A stretch of DNA of 64,000 nt from a virus (lineage: Duplodnaviria > Caudoviricetes). A program made the position numbers and the translations under genes. Position 1 is the stretch's first letter. Each line of letters begins with the position of its first letter. The stretch lies in IMG/VR virus record IMGVR_UViG_3300020577_003313; one strand, 5' to 3'. A model generated the notes under the pieces. It did no database searches. It was given only the letters and a program-made list of their open reading frames with translations, and was not told the DNA's origin. Below, in pieces: positions 10,961 through 21,826 of the stretch.

Positions 10961-12929
10961 TTAAATTGCTTGTTCTTCTGTATCTTCTGCATCATCTTCA
11001 GATAATGCTTCTTTGATTACACCTTTTTCAAGGCTAACCTTGTCAACTAACTTTCCAAGTTCAGCCAGCAAATTGCTATCCTTGGAAAAAATTGATATTA
11101 CTTCCTCTTTGCCCTGTACTTTTTCACTAAAGAGAGGACACTCATAGTAAGCTCCTCGTCTTGTAATGATATCAAGTCCCATGGCAGCAGAGATAGTACT
11201 TAGTACGGAATCAAATCCTCTTCCGTAGTAGAATGGAAGTAGAATCTCTTGAGATTCTGATCCATTAAGTCTTGTCTTATCTACCTTTAGGGCGCAGGCC
11301 CAGCCTGGATGTTTCTCTCTAACTTTACCGTCTAGTCCAGAAACTTTGATTGGCTTCGGCCAATCATTCTTAGGACCTCTGCGCATCTTAAGTCTTAGAT
11401 GTGCCCAGTGCTTTACTGAGTTACCACCCTTGACTTCCTCAAGGGACACATTTGCAGATGGTACAGTGTATCATTTATGTTCAGTAAAGCTCGTTAGTTC
11501 TTTACCCGGATAGTTAATCCAGCTATACATTACTGTATAGATCAGACTATATCTTGATCCTTTCGGATCTCTTCCATTTCGGATCACTTGATCCTACTCC
11601 CTTTCGGGATAGTCGTTGAAGTTTCTAAGATACACTTTTTTAATCCATTCCTTCCATTCCGTCAGCGACATATCATTTTTTGAGATGTTACAGATAGAAC
11701 AACAAGGAACGCAATTTTTAATTGTGTAGCCAACTGAAGAATCTATTCTGTCTATTCCTGAATAGATAAAAGTCTGAGACCTTTCAGGTCTAAATATTCT
11801 ACCTTTTCGTTTTTTAGAAGATACCTTATTTGAAGGTGCTGATCCACAGTATGAGCAATTTTTAGATAATATATCTAATATCTGTTCTTCTGTGAGATCA
11901 AACTGTAATCCTTTTTTACTAGCGTTAGCTTTGTAAGATAGTATCACAGATCTTTTTAGCGAAAGTTGATTTGGTAGTGTATTTAGTATCAAATGTGAGC
12001 AGCCACAGCTAGGGTACTTAGTAGTTTTTAGATTTGTAGATGATCGCATGGTTATTTTGCCACACTTACATCTACATCTCCATAAAGACTTACTAGTATC
12101 GTAATCTAGTACAGTAACTGCTCCAAAAATTTGATTAGGCTGTATAGAACGTTTGCTCATTGGTTCAGATACCTCTGTGCCATTTGCAACTGTTCTATTC
12201 ATCTTAGCTTACCTGCTGATTGTCCCAAGTTTGTACCTACTTTCTTGGGAGTTTCCAGCAATTAAAAAGAATTCACGCAGCACATTTCTGTACTGGTGGG
12301 CAATTATTTACCTGGCCAATCATTACAACGGCGCAGCCTTTGTACCCACTAGACAGATTTCTATTGACGATAACGTTAGCCTTTCTAAAGAACTCGCCGA
12401 GCTTTCTCTGAAGATTCAACATGTTGTTGTCCTCTAGAGACTTTTCTTCCTTACCTGACATCACGTCTCCCTTAGGGAGCATGGCTCCAATGGAGTCAAT
12501 TACCCACATGTCAATGGCTTCGCTCTTTAGAAGTTCAAGAGCTATGTCCATCATTTTTTCCATAGTATTGATTTCTTTGGTATACTGATGGAAAATAGTT
12601 CTCTCTAGATCCAGACCTAGCTTTGCGGCCCAGCTTTTATCAAAGCTGTTCTCAAAGTCACTCCACATGACTACGAAATTTGGATCAATAGATTGATTGT
12701 GCGCAGCTAGCTGTACGCAGAATGCGCCCTTACCAACGTGCTCTGGGCCAGCTATGACAGTATAGCGTCCTCTCGGGACGCCTTTTATCAAGGCGTTTAC
12801 AGAAGCAAACGGTGTTGAGATTGTTTCAAAATCAGAAAGCTCTGAACCTAGAACTAGAGTCTTAGCTTTATGTTTTGTGTTAAGCTTTTCAGCTAACTTC
12901 GCAAGTTTATTTTGTTTATCTTTATCCAT
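10961..12929 (-). CDS. recA: RecA/UvsX recombinase, two exons (12929-12310 and 11471-10961), 376 aa after splicing
   Basis: Walker A GPEHVGK, VIDSIGAM; splice restores VMIGQV-YTVPSANVSLEEVKGGNSVKHW in frame (620+511 nt = 377 codons). Confidence 0.9.
11472..12309 (-). mobile_element. Group I intron (838 nt) in recA
   Basis: Exon ends in U and intron ends in G; P AATTGCTGGAAA (12252-12263), Q AATCAGCAGG (12212-12221), R TCAACGACTA (11610-11619), S AAGATATAGTCT (11544-11555). Confidence 0.92.
11594..12202 (-). CDS. Intron-encoded HNH-type homing endonuclease
   Basis: WRCRCKCG, CSYCG, GIDRIDSSVGYTIKNCVPCCSICN; lies between the intron Q and R elements. Confidence 0.85.
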   Translation of the reverse strand: MNRTVANGTEVSEPMSKRSIQPNQIFGAVTVLDYDTSKSLWRCRCKCGKITMRSSTNLKTTKYPSCGCSHLILNTLPNQLSLKRSVILSYKANASKKGLQFDLTEEQILDILSKNCSYCGSAPSNKVSSKKRKGRIFRPERSQTFIYSGIDRIDSSVGYTIKNCVPCCSICNISKNDMSLTEWKEWIKKVYLRNFNDYPERE

Positions 12930-13733
12930 AATGATTATACGAAAACTGTTGCGTTGATTATTTCTGAAGAAATCGACGCGCTTTGAAATCCTTTTTGCTT
13001 ATGCAACAATACATGGCAAAGAGTTAGTAGTAGCTCTAATAAGCTGGGTGTTATCTTATTCCTAATGTAGAATAATTTTGCTGCCAGTAAAATTTCATCT
13101 GGTCCGAATCCTGTATCACAACGACGGCACAATCCTTTATGAGCTAAGTATATGCCATTTGGCAATGGGTGCCTGCTGTACGCTACTTCTCTCAGAAGTA
13201 AATCTAAATTCTTTTCTACTCTAGTGCCACTATAAAATGTTGCGTAATTTGCACTACAATATTTACATACAATCGGTAGATTATATATTATTTCGTGGTT
13301 CTTTCTATATGTATAACTATTGTATAGGTCTATCAAATTATACTTCGATCTATAGGGAAAATCACTACCTAGGAAATGCTTATCGTTAAAACAATAGTCA
13401 ATATTATCTACACTAAGTTGTTTAGTTTTACCCATAACATTTATGATTTATGGTTTTTAATGATATGAAGAGCTCTGTTCCTCTGTGCTTCGTCTGCTTT
13501 TTCTAGAATCCAAGTAGAGTCATTACTTGGTCTCTTAGCACATACTACATCGTAGCTGAGATAGTTTAGGTTCTGTTTGTCATAGACAGATACATGTCTT
13601 ACTTTCTCTTCGTTAAATGTGATAAATATTAGACCGTTCTTTACGGTCTTAGAATTGATAATGAAATTAATCATATCATCTACAGATGAGAATCCATCTT
13701 TGTTTATTCTTTGAATAACTTCGTCTACTGTAT

Positions 13734-16278
13734 TCATTGGAACCTAACATTAACTAGGTAATCTCCAATTTTAGGAGTACCAATTATTGCACTTCTTATA
13801 CATTCGCCACTATCGTCTACTTCTTTAGCTAAAGCAAATATGTTAAAGTTGCAAGTGACGCAGACACTTTTTACTATAACATTATAGAGACAGTCACAAG
13901 TCCCAGATTGGCACGGGCAGTAGTAACTATACACTATATTAGATACTTCTCTATAAGTTTTGCAAGAACTACAGTACATTAAATCCCGAATTATTCCGGG
14001 AAGATTTTCTCTCAAGATATCGAAAAGAGTACTAGACATACATGATATTATTTATGTACTCAGAAACGGTAGGTAAGGCGCTCATATCTATTTTTGAGAA
14101 TGGACTAAACTCCATAATTATGATTCTCGAACCACAATCAGGACAGCTAAAGCTTGCAAAGAATAAATAAGAAGGCGGAATCTTTTTGTGTTCTTTACAT
14201 ACATTGCAATAGCTAGTCCCTAGACAAACTACTTTGTGATTATTAATAATCTCCTCTACATAAGTAGTTCTTGGTAATTTCTGCATTAGAAATGGTACCT
14301 TATTCATATTTAATACTGTTTATATATTGAGATAAAGGAAGAAACAAAGACTTCTTACAAAAATTTTGCACGAATAATTCTTTCCTCTATAGTAGGCAGA
14401 GATGTGGGAGCAATGTACTTATTATCTTTTTCGTATAGCTGAATCCTAAGTTTACAATGAGTACACCAATATTCAAATACAGAATTTTCTTCCTGTACCC
14501 CTAGGTACTTAGTTGTTATGTAAGACATAGGAGTATAATCATGGCATCTACTACAATATATTTTTGGTTTACCGAAAGTTCCTCCTACTAAAACTGGAGG
14601 TATAGTTTCCTTTAAAAACTTAGGCATACTGTATAGAGTTAATGTACTGATAGAAGCTGGGGAGCTTAAAGTTACTAACATATTCTATACTTGTTTCTTT
14701 ATCTATAAGTCTAATTTCATCAAACAATGTTTTTTTACTACAATCTTTACATGTATACCTATATTTAGTTACTATGGTAAGCCGAGTAAGACCAGTCTTC
14801 AAGACTTTTGGGTCATCTAATGCATAAGCATAAATAGGATAATATTTTACGTATCCTATACAATGAACACAATATATTTTGCTTCCATCTGGTGCGCCGT
14901 AGATGAAGAAAGGTATATCTTTAGACAAGAAAGGTACATTAGAGTTGTTCATACTTACTTAAAGTCTATAGAATTAATGTACCTACTATAAGTAGGCATC
15001 TCGAATTCAATCGGTGAGTATCTTATACTGAGAACAGCTTTTAACTTGAGGCAAAAACTGCAAGTTTCTAAGTAGCGCCCTGTCTTTTTACAACAATTAC
15101 ATAAGTAATCAAATTGAGTTATAGTAACTTTATTATCGTCAATGGTCTTTGTTTCATTTATTCTAGGCACAATATTTTTGAAGTCATAATTAGTATAAGT
15201 CTTGCAGAGTGAACAGTATATAGTAGTATGTCCGTAGCCAATAGATGTAAAACCCCTTTTTCCATCATAAGAAAATATTGGCATTTCTTCTTCTAGAATA
15301 GAGTATTTGTTGTTATTCATATTTAGCAGCGCAAATGTATTCCATTACAGTCTGTACTACTTCTTCTACTATTCTGTTTCCTACTCCAGATATAATCTCT
15401 ATTCCGAATTCTCTGTTACATTCTTTGCATGTATAAATATAGTTATCCGGCATAAATATACCGTATCTTTCAAATCTATGTAGTTTATTAACCAGATATA
15501 TACTATAGTCTTTGCAGTGAGGGCAGTAAACAAAATATCTAGCACCTCCGTCTACTCCTTTTAGTATAAAAGTAGGCATATCATCTTCTAAAAACTTCAT
15601 AGACCTTTCTCGAACTTCGTAGCCTCTTGGGATCACAAGTTTCATAAAAACTTTACAGATATAATGTGTTCCTGAATTGTAGGAATTGGGTAATTCTCGC
15701 ACTCTACTGCTTCTTCTCTGTACATATCCCATCTTATAGTAGCAGGACTAGAGCAGCTAACACAACTTACATAATAAATAATAGAGTTATATTGCTTAAT
15801 ACTATGAGTGTGCTGTTTGTATCCTCTGTAGGTACTGCATTTTGTGCAGTAGAAAATACTTCTTCTAGGTATATAGGGTATAATTTTTTCTAAAATGAAC
15901 ATTCTAGAAGAAGCGAATATTTGTAATTTTTTCTTGAACTGTGAGAGGGACGGGTCTTTTCAGTGAGTTAGCTTGGTATTCGCTAATCTTTCTGAGATCA
16001 GATAAAATCTGTCCGTTAGTATTTATAAAGGATGCTGTGTAGTATTTACAGTGGTTACAGGTTAGATAGTATACAGGGCTATCAATACTGTTCTGAGATA
16101 CTTTAGTGTAAAAACTTATATTGTAATTAAGATTTTTCTGTAGCGCCAGTCTGTTATACTCACTAAGTATAGTGTAACGTTCGCAACGTACACAAAATAT
16201 TAGGGTATCAGAGTTCCACTTTCTAGGGATAACGATTATATATTCGTCTAAGAATGATCTGGATGTTTTGCTTTCCAT
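13734..16278 (-). repeat. Tandem array of about 8 small paralogous zinc-ribbon proteins (13734-14039, 14032-14307, 14355-14627, 14620-14952, 14955-15320, 15313-15600, 15642-15902, 15904-16278)
   Basis: Shared (F/I)L.e.(I/M/L)P start, two CxxC pairs, C-terminal PT..eyI....F. Confidence 0.75.
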
Positions 16279-16562
16279 AGTTTCAAGAAGAGTTCTATGT
16301 CGACAAGAACCTGTATCCCCCCGTCAGTTTTCTGTATATATAGCCAATCTTTAAATCTTTTCTGAGCTTGCTCTTTTAACTTATTGAGTTCTTTATTGTC
16401 TACATGGAAGTTCTTCTTTCCATTCTTTACTTTACATTCAACTATGTAGTCATAGTCACCCATGTCTGCATTGTTAAACATTGCCCCGGAGTTCGCGGTC
16501 TTTCTAAGACCGAGTAGCTGGGCAATCTCATCTTCTAGCTCATCCCCGATTTTTCTAGACAT
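16248..16562 (-). CDS. Holliday junction resolvase-like PD-(D/E)xK nuclease
   Basis: GDELEDEIA, NSGA, D...IVECK. Confidence 0.65.
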   Translation of the reverse strand: MSRKIGDELEDEIAQLLGLRKTANSGAMFNNADMGDYDYIVECKVKNGKKNFHVDNKELNKLKEQAQKRFKDWLYIQKTDGGIQVLVDIELFLKLWKAKHPDHS

Positions 16563-16642
16563 AAATCAAAATCCAAAATTTTTTCTCATTGCAAAAACGA
16601 TTTTTTCGGTCTATTTGCAATTTTTTGACAATACTGCGCATT

Positions 16643-16691
16643 AAAAAAATAAGCTAGATTAGCCATGTATTTCTACATAACTAACCTAGCT
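16643..16691 (-). terminator. Long-stem terminator
   Basis: Minus strand AGCTAGGTTAGTTATGTA-GAAA-TACATGGCTAATCTAGCT then TATTTTTT. Confidence 0.7.
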
Positions 16692-16696
16692 CAAAA

Positions 16697-17080
16697 TCAG
16701 ACTTCCATCGTCTGTAGCTGATTTATCCAGTTCTTGCTATATGCAGCCTTCATGAGGCTGTCAATAGACATTGTGCGCTGGATCTTGTTACCGTGCTTAT
16801 CTCTCTTGTAAAGAGACACGCGGCCACTCCCGTGATTGAAATCCTTAGGAGTTAAGCAGTAACCAGTTGTCAGATTAATGACAACTCCAAACGCCGAAAT
16901 CCCGTAATTAGTAAAACCAGGGACTTGACGATACCGAGAACCATTAACACGAACTGTCTTTGGATTATTAGCCATACTATTCTTAACCATTTTATTAGGG
17001 GTTCCATTGGAAACATATTGATAGAGACCTCGCGGCACATAAGTGCCGTTTAGTCTAAATACTAGTGTGCGTCTTTCCAA
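16697..17080 (-). CDS. NUMOD4-motif protein without a visible nuclease domain
   Basis: YRQVPGFTNYGISAFGVV resembles NUMOD4. Confidence 0.5.
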   Translation of the reverse strand: MERRTLVFRLNGTYVPRGLYQYVSNGTPNKMVKNSMANNPKTVRVNGSRYRQVPGFTNYGISAFGVVINLTTGYCLTPKDFNHGSGRVSLYKRDKHGNKIQRTMSIDSLMKAAYSKNWINQLQTMEV

Positions 17081-18909
17081 GACTTACCAAGTCTACCGTC
17101 TACTTCCATTGGAACTGAAAGTACAATAGCATTTCTCATAATTTCAGTAATATCTGGTAAGATAGACTCTTCGCTAGGATGAACGTCAAGCACGAGCTCA
17201 TCGTGAACTTGCATTATCATCTTGGATCTTAAAGACTTCAGGTATTTGTCAATACCGATCATAGAGATCTTGGCTTGATCAGCAGCAGTACCTTGCACTA
17301 TGGCATTAGGACCCTCTCTGAGAGCCTCGGCTCTGATGAATCTTATCGGCGAGAATACCTTGGGTATGTATCTACGTCTACCCGTCAGGGTAGAGACGAA
17401 TCCGTGCTTTGAAAGATAAGTGCGCGACTCTTTTATCCAAGAAGACACATGAGTCATCTTGCTCATGTACTGCTCGATAAGAGCTTTGGCCTCTTCTACA
17501 GTGATTCCTAGCTCATTACTGAGCTTCTCTGCTTCCATACCATAGATCAGACCATAGTTAATAGTCTTGGTCTTATTTCTTTGATCCTTCGTTACCTTGT
17601 CTTCGGCTACTCCAAAGATTGAAGATGCCACAGTAATGTGGACGTCCTTATTATTGTTATAGGCCGTTACAAGTGAAGGCTCTTGGCTTAGATGAGCCAT
17701 GATTCTCAGCTCCTGCTGAGAATAGTCAAACGATGCTATCTTGCCATTCTCGAACCTAGATACAAACGCGCCTCGGATTCTTTCTCCAAGAGCTTCTCTC
17801 TTGGGAATGTTCTGAAGATTAGGATCAGAAGACGCCAGTCTTCCAGTAGAAGTTACATGCTGATTGAAGCTAGCGTGTAGCATCTTATCATACTTACTGA
17901 TAGCCTCTGGAATAGGCTCTACATAAGTAGACATAAGCTTATTCAGCTTCTTGACCTGCAATATATTACCTACCACTGGCTCATCCTTGATGAGCTTTAG
18001 GGTCTTCTCGTTGGTAGATAACTTTCCGGTCTTGGTCTTCTTTACTTTAATGCCTCTTTTATCAAAGAGGTTAAGCTGATTATATACTAGCTCTCCGATC
18101 TGATTAGCATTAGTAATTGTGATCTCTTTGCCAGCAATGTCATTTATTTGAGACTTGAGTATATTGATCGAGCTGATTAGCTCTTCCTTGAGTTCTGAAA
18201 GAACTCTAGTATCTATTGATACTCCGTTACACTCCATCTCAGCTAGGATGGGAGTCAGCTTACTTTCAATCTCGTTAAATAACTTCCGAGCATACTCATT
18301 TTCTGGAAGAGTAAACAAGTATGAATAATACTCATACAGACGCATCGTGAAGTCAACGTCTTCCATGCAGTAAACGCCGACCATATTGACAGGACTGTCC
18401 AACATAGTTGGACTTTCTGCTTTTGGTTCTCCTCGTTTCTTCGGCTTTTTAGCAGGAATTACAGACTTGGTCCTAATCTTAATATGACCAAAATGGTTCA
18501 TAGCCATTTCGTCTAATTTATGAGAAACCTTATCACAAAATAGACAATAACTGGCTACCATCGTGTCCATCTTTATATTCTTGATTTTTATGCCAAATCG
18601 AGAATACACACGATAGTCATACTTTATGTTCTGACCTATCTTTCCAAGATTTTCGTCCTCCAGAGGGACTGAAATAGCCGAAATTATATCTTCTATCGAA
18701 AATTCAGCTGTGGGATCATTGAATGGGATATAAAATGCTTCCCTAGGTTTTACAGAAAATCCCGCGCCGACTATCTTGATCTTATCGCTATGAGTTTCTA
18801 AGCTAGTAGTTTCTAAGTCAGTACAAAACGATTCATTTCTGTACAAATAGGAAACGAGCTCAGAAAGTTCACTCTTTTTCCTGATTATCTTGTAATTCAG
18901 ATTCGTCAT
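17062..18909 (-). CDS. polA: Family A DNA polymerase with 3'-5' exonuclease
   Basis: DLETT, QNIKYD, TGRLASSDPNLQNIP, DYSQQELR, KTINYGLIYG, QVHDE. Confidence 0.95.
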   Translation of the reverse strand: MTNLNYKIIRKKSELSELVSYLYRNESFCTDLETTSLETHSDKIKIVGAGFSVKPREAFYIPFNDPTAEFSIEDIISAISVPLEDENLGKIGQNIKYDYRVYSRFGIKIKNIKMDTMVASYCLFCDKVSHKLDEMAMNHFGHIKIRTKSVIPAKKPKKRGEPKAESPTMLDSPVNMVGVYCMEDVDFTMRLYEYYSYLFTLPENEYARKLFNEIESKLTPILAEMECNGVSIDTRVLSELKEELISSINILKSQINDIAGKEITITNANQIGELVYNQLNLFDKRGIKVKKTKTGKLSTNEKTLKLIKDEPVVGNILQVKKLNKLMSTYVEPIPEAISKYDKMLHASFNQHVTSTGRLASSDPNLQNIPKREALGERIRGAFVSRFENGKIASFDYSQQELRIMAHLSQEPSLVTAYNNNKDVHITVASSIFGVAEDKVTKDQRNKTKTINYGLIYGMEAEKLSNELGITVEEAKALIEQYMSKMTHVSSWIKESRTYLSKHGFVSTLTGRRRYIPKVFSPIRFIRAEALREGPNAIVQGTAADQAKISMIGIDKYLKSLRSKMIMQVHDELVLDVHPSEESILPDITEIMRNAIVLSVPMEVDGRLGKSWKDAH

Positions 18910-19241
18910 CGTTTTCTTCTTCTTCGTCTTCTTCCAAGATTTCAGCGTAGATTACGTCTAGCACATCTTTAGGAGTAGAATCAAGAGATTCTACCATTTG
19001 TAGTAAATCTGGCTCTATTTCTACCAAATCACCGGAATCCTGTGACTTCATAGAGCTAACTTGAAAGAATTCGTTTATAACTACTGACTTTACATCTTGC
19101 TCGTTTTTTATAACTGAAGCATAGCAAAGTAATAGACTGCCAAGCGGCAGAGGCTTATCAGAGGTTACAATTCTAGTTGTAGACTCATCGTCTGACGGCA
19201 TTCTTAGTAGATCAGACGAGTTGACACTTATCTTATAAGTG

Positions 19242-19856
19242 TTATTCTCCTGTATCTGAACTACCTGACACAGAAATCGAAGACTTTCTGCTTTCTTTTT
19301 GGTGGTCATATTCTTGCTTTCTGCCTAAATCTGCGCCAAGGCTGAACATTCTTTGTAGTGCTTTGTCTAAATATTGAACATGATCTTTAAGTGCATAGTA
19401 TACATACTTAATAAAAGTACTAGCAATCTTTAGATCTTCATACTTAGAAGATAGCTCTTCTGTAAGAGCTATGGAAGCATCTTTAATATCATCGGCAGTA
19501 ATTTTAGTCGGAGTAGTAGCATCTGCGCGATTTTTTAGTTCTTTAAGAGCTAATCTAACTTTTGATCTAGCTACCTTTACTTTATCTTCTTCAGATTCTT
19601 GAAAAGAAGATGCCATAGATAGCTTTTCTGCGAGCATTAGAATAATTCCCTGGATCTGGATAATATCTGACTGAATCTCAGATTCAGAGATGTCGGCCAT
19701 CCATAAAGGATTTCTATACTTGGTAACTATATCAAAAGCTTCCTTGATTAGTAAATAATCTGCATCTTCTAAGAGCTCTCTGGGCGCTTTAAGTCTTAAA
19801 CTGCTATCCACTTGAATAGCTTTCATTAAATCGTGGATAGTAATTTGTTGGCTCAT
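19242..19856 (-). CDS. Hypothetical helical protein
   Basis: ORF in operon, no motif recognised. Confidence 0.5.
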   Translation of the reverse strand: MSQQITIHDLMKAIQVDSSLRLKAPRELLEDADYLLIKEAFDIVTKYRNPLWMADISESEIQSDIIQIQGIILMLAEKLSMASSFQESEEDKVKVARSKVRLALKELKNRADATTPTKITADDIKDASIALTEELSSKYEDLKIASTFIKYVYYALKDHVQYLDKALQRMFSLGADLGRKQEYDHQKESRKSSISVSGSSDTGE

Positions 19857-21826
19857 ATATTTTCTCTTAGTGTGCCGAACTCGTAGCTAAAGGTAGCCAT
19901 AGCATAGTCTACGTAGTTTGATATGTTTTTGTTTTCAGGACCTTCGGTTTTAGTCTTAGGAGACTTTAGAGTCGGAAACTGAAGACGCTGGAACATACTA
20001 CCGACTGTGCCAAAAAAAGCATCCTGATTATATACTCGTGTTATGTCCTGGGCATCGGCTCTGAATATGTTTTTTTCTTTACAGAAAGTATACTGAGAAT
20101 CTACTATCGACAATAGATACCCATTCATATCATCGGTAGTTTCTTTTACATTTACTCTAGATCTATTGAACCCAAAACTCATAAGGCTCCCTAAATACAG
20201 AGACATAAGAGGAGATTCCTCCATGTCTGTTTCGCCGAAACCAAAACTTTCCATAAACTTGTAATACAAGTAGAACTTACTAGTATTGGTCTCTGCTGCT
20301 TGTTTTTCTAAACTCTCTATGTATTTAGTAGAAAATTTACTAATCCAAGTATCAAAATCTTTGTAAGACTTATATCTAGTTTTTATGTTAGCGAGAATTG
20401 CTCTTGCTATTGGAGGAGGAACTGAGCATGGCTCATTGCCAAAAACTAAAGTAGAGACTACTTGTGAACTGAACTTGTTGAAGTAATTACTAGTACCTAC
20501 AATAGGAGAAATCTTCTTAAGAAGAGATTTCTCGCACATGAAAAAGTTTCTAACTTTTTGATATATTATGTCTAAAGATGGTAATTTTTGTTCTAAGTTG
20601 GAAAGCAGATAAGAACTACCATAAGAAAATATAAGAGTAGGAATTGCGTGCTCTTCTATCTTATATGTTACTTTCTTGTAGCAAGGAGCTTTGAAAAACT
20701 CTATTTTCTGTTTGTCTTCTGGGTAGAGTAGCGCAGACAGTGTTATTAGGTTTTCCCTCTGTACATATGAGGGATGTACATAAAGAGTTTCAGCGTTAAT
20801 CCAGTGAGACAAATAAGAATTAGATAAATACCTAGGAGCTATTTTCTTAGTTTTCTTTTCGATTTCATACCCTAAGCTTTCTAGATAGGTTTCTTCATTA
20901 AACAGTAAACGAAGTACTTTTTCTAGATTATTTATCTTAATTGAGTAACAACCTACAAGGTCGCACCCTTTTGTACTTAGATCTGGATCATCATCAATAT
21001 GTTGCGGAGAAGTGTTAATGAATTTACCAGTATACTCTTCCTTCAGTATCTTTCTAATTACAGAAATATCCAATACACTATCCACGCAGATAAATTGATT
21101 ATCCCTATTGTATCTTATGCTATACTCAAGTGTTTTACCGTCAACAATTGTCTTTAGCCTTATAGGAACATAATGTTCTGGGGAATCATAAGAAAATACA
21201 AAATTGATTCCTCCAGGCTCACCTGCTGCTAGCGGGAATCCGCCAGAGAATTTTTCTAGAGTTTCTTTGTTAATCTTATCGAGAAAAAATCTCGAAAGAT
21301 TTGATTTCTCATGTGCAGAGAGATTTAATACAGTTCTAGAACCAACAGGTGGAGTCGCTTTTTTTAGAAATTCTTCGTTATAGAAAAACTTATTCTTAAG
21401 AAGAGTTTTCTCTTCTGCGGTTACAGAAGGATCAAGCAATAGGTCTAATATTTCTCCAATAATATTCATCCACTCTTTAACCATATGGTTATGAGTATTT
21501 TGAAAAGTGGCACCCTTATGGGAGAACATTAATACAACTTCTGTTCCTGCCAAAGCAGGCCCCAGAATACTATTTAAGCAGTTTACTGTATAGTTTGTTA
21601 TGTTTCTTGAAGATCCAGGATTATCCGGATACATCGAGCTTTCTTCACTATTCTTTAGATAGTTAAGAATATCATCCACACCCCCAGGTTCTCCTGGGGG
21701 ATTTCTTTTCTCTCTAGCTAGGAACGAAACACCAGAAATATTAGTTGTTCGTACTGTTTTCAGTTTGAGAAGCAGATTCTTCTGTATCTTTGGCAGAGTT
21801 TTCATTCTTTGTCTGTCCTGATTCAA
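19853..21826 (-). CDS. Large hypothetical protein (657 aa)
   Basis: Long ORF downstream of the ATPase; no motif recognised. Confidence 0.6.
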   Translation of the reverse strand: MNQDRQRMKTLPKIQKNLLLKLKTVRTTNISGVSFLAREKRNPPGEPGGVDDILNYLKNSEESSMYPDNPGSSRNITNYTVNCLNSILGPALAGTEVVLMFSHKGATFQNTHNHMVKEWMNIIGEILDLLLDPSVTAEEKTLLKNKFFYNEEFLKKATPPVGSRTVLNLSAHEKSNLSRFFLDKINKETLEKFSGGFPLAAGEPGGINFVFSYDSPEHYVPIRLKTIVDGKTLEYSIRYNRDNQFICVDSVLDISVIRKILKEEYTGKFINTSPQHIDDDPDLSTKGCDLVGCYSIKINNLEKVLRLLFNEETYLESLGYEIEKKTKKIAPRYLSNSYLSHWINAETLYVHPSYVQRENLITLSALLYPEDKQKIEFFKAPCYKKVTYKIEEHAIPTLIFSYGSSYLLSNLEQKLPSLDIIYQKVRNFFMCEKSLLKKISPIVGTSNYFNKFSSQVVSTLVFGNEPCSVPPPIARAILANIKTRYKSYKDFDTWISKFSTKYIESLEKQAAETNTSKFYLYYKFMESFGFGETDMEESPLMSLYLGSLMSFGFNRSRVNVKETTDDMNGYLLSIVDSQYTFCKEKNIFRADAQDITRVYNQDAFFGTVGSMFQRLQFPTLKSPKTKTEGPENKNISNYVDYAMATFSYEFGTLRENI

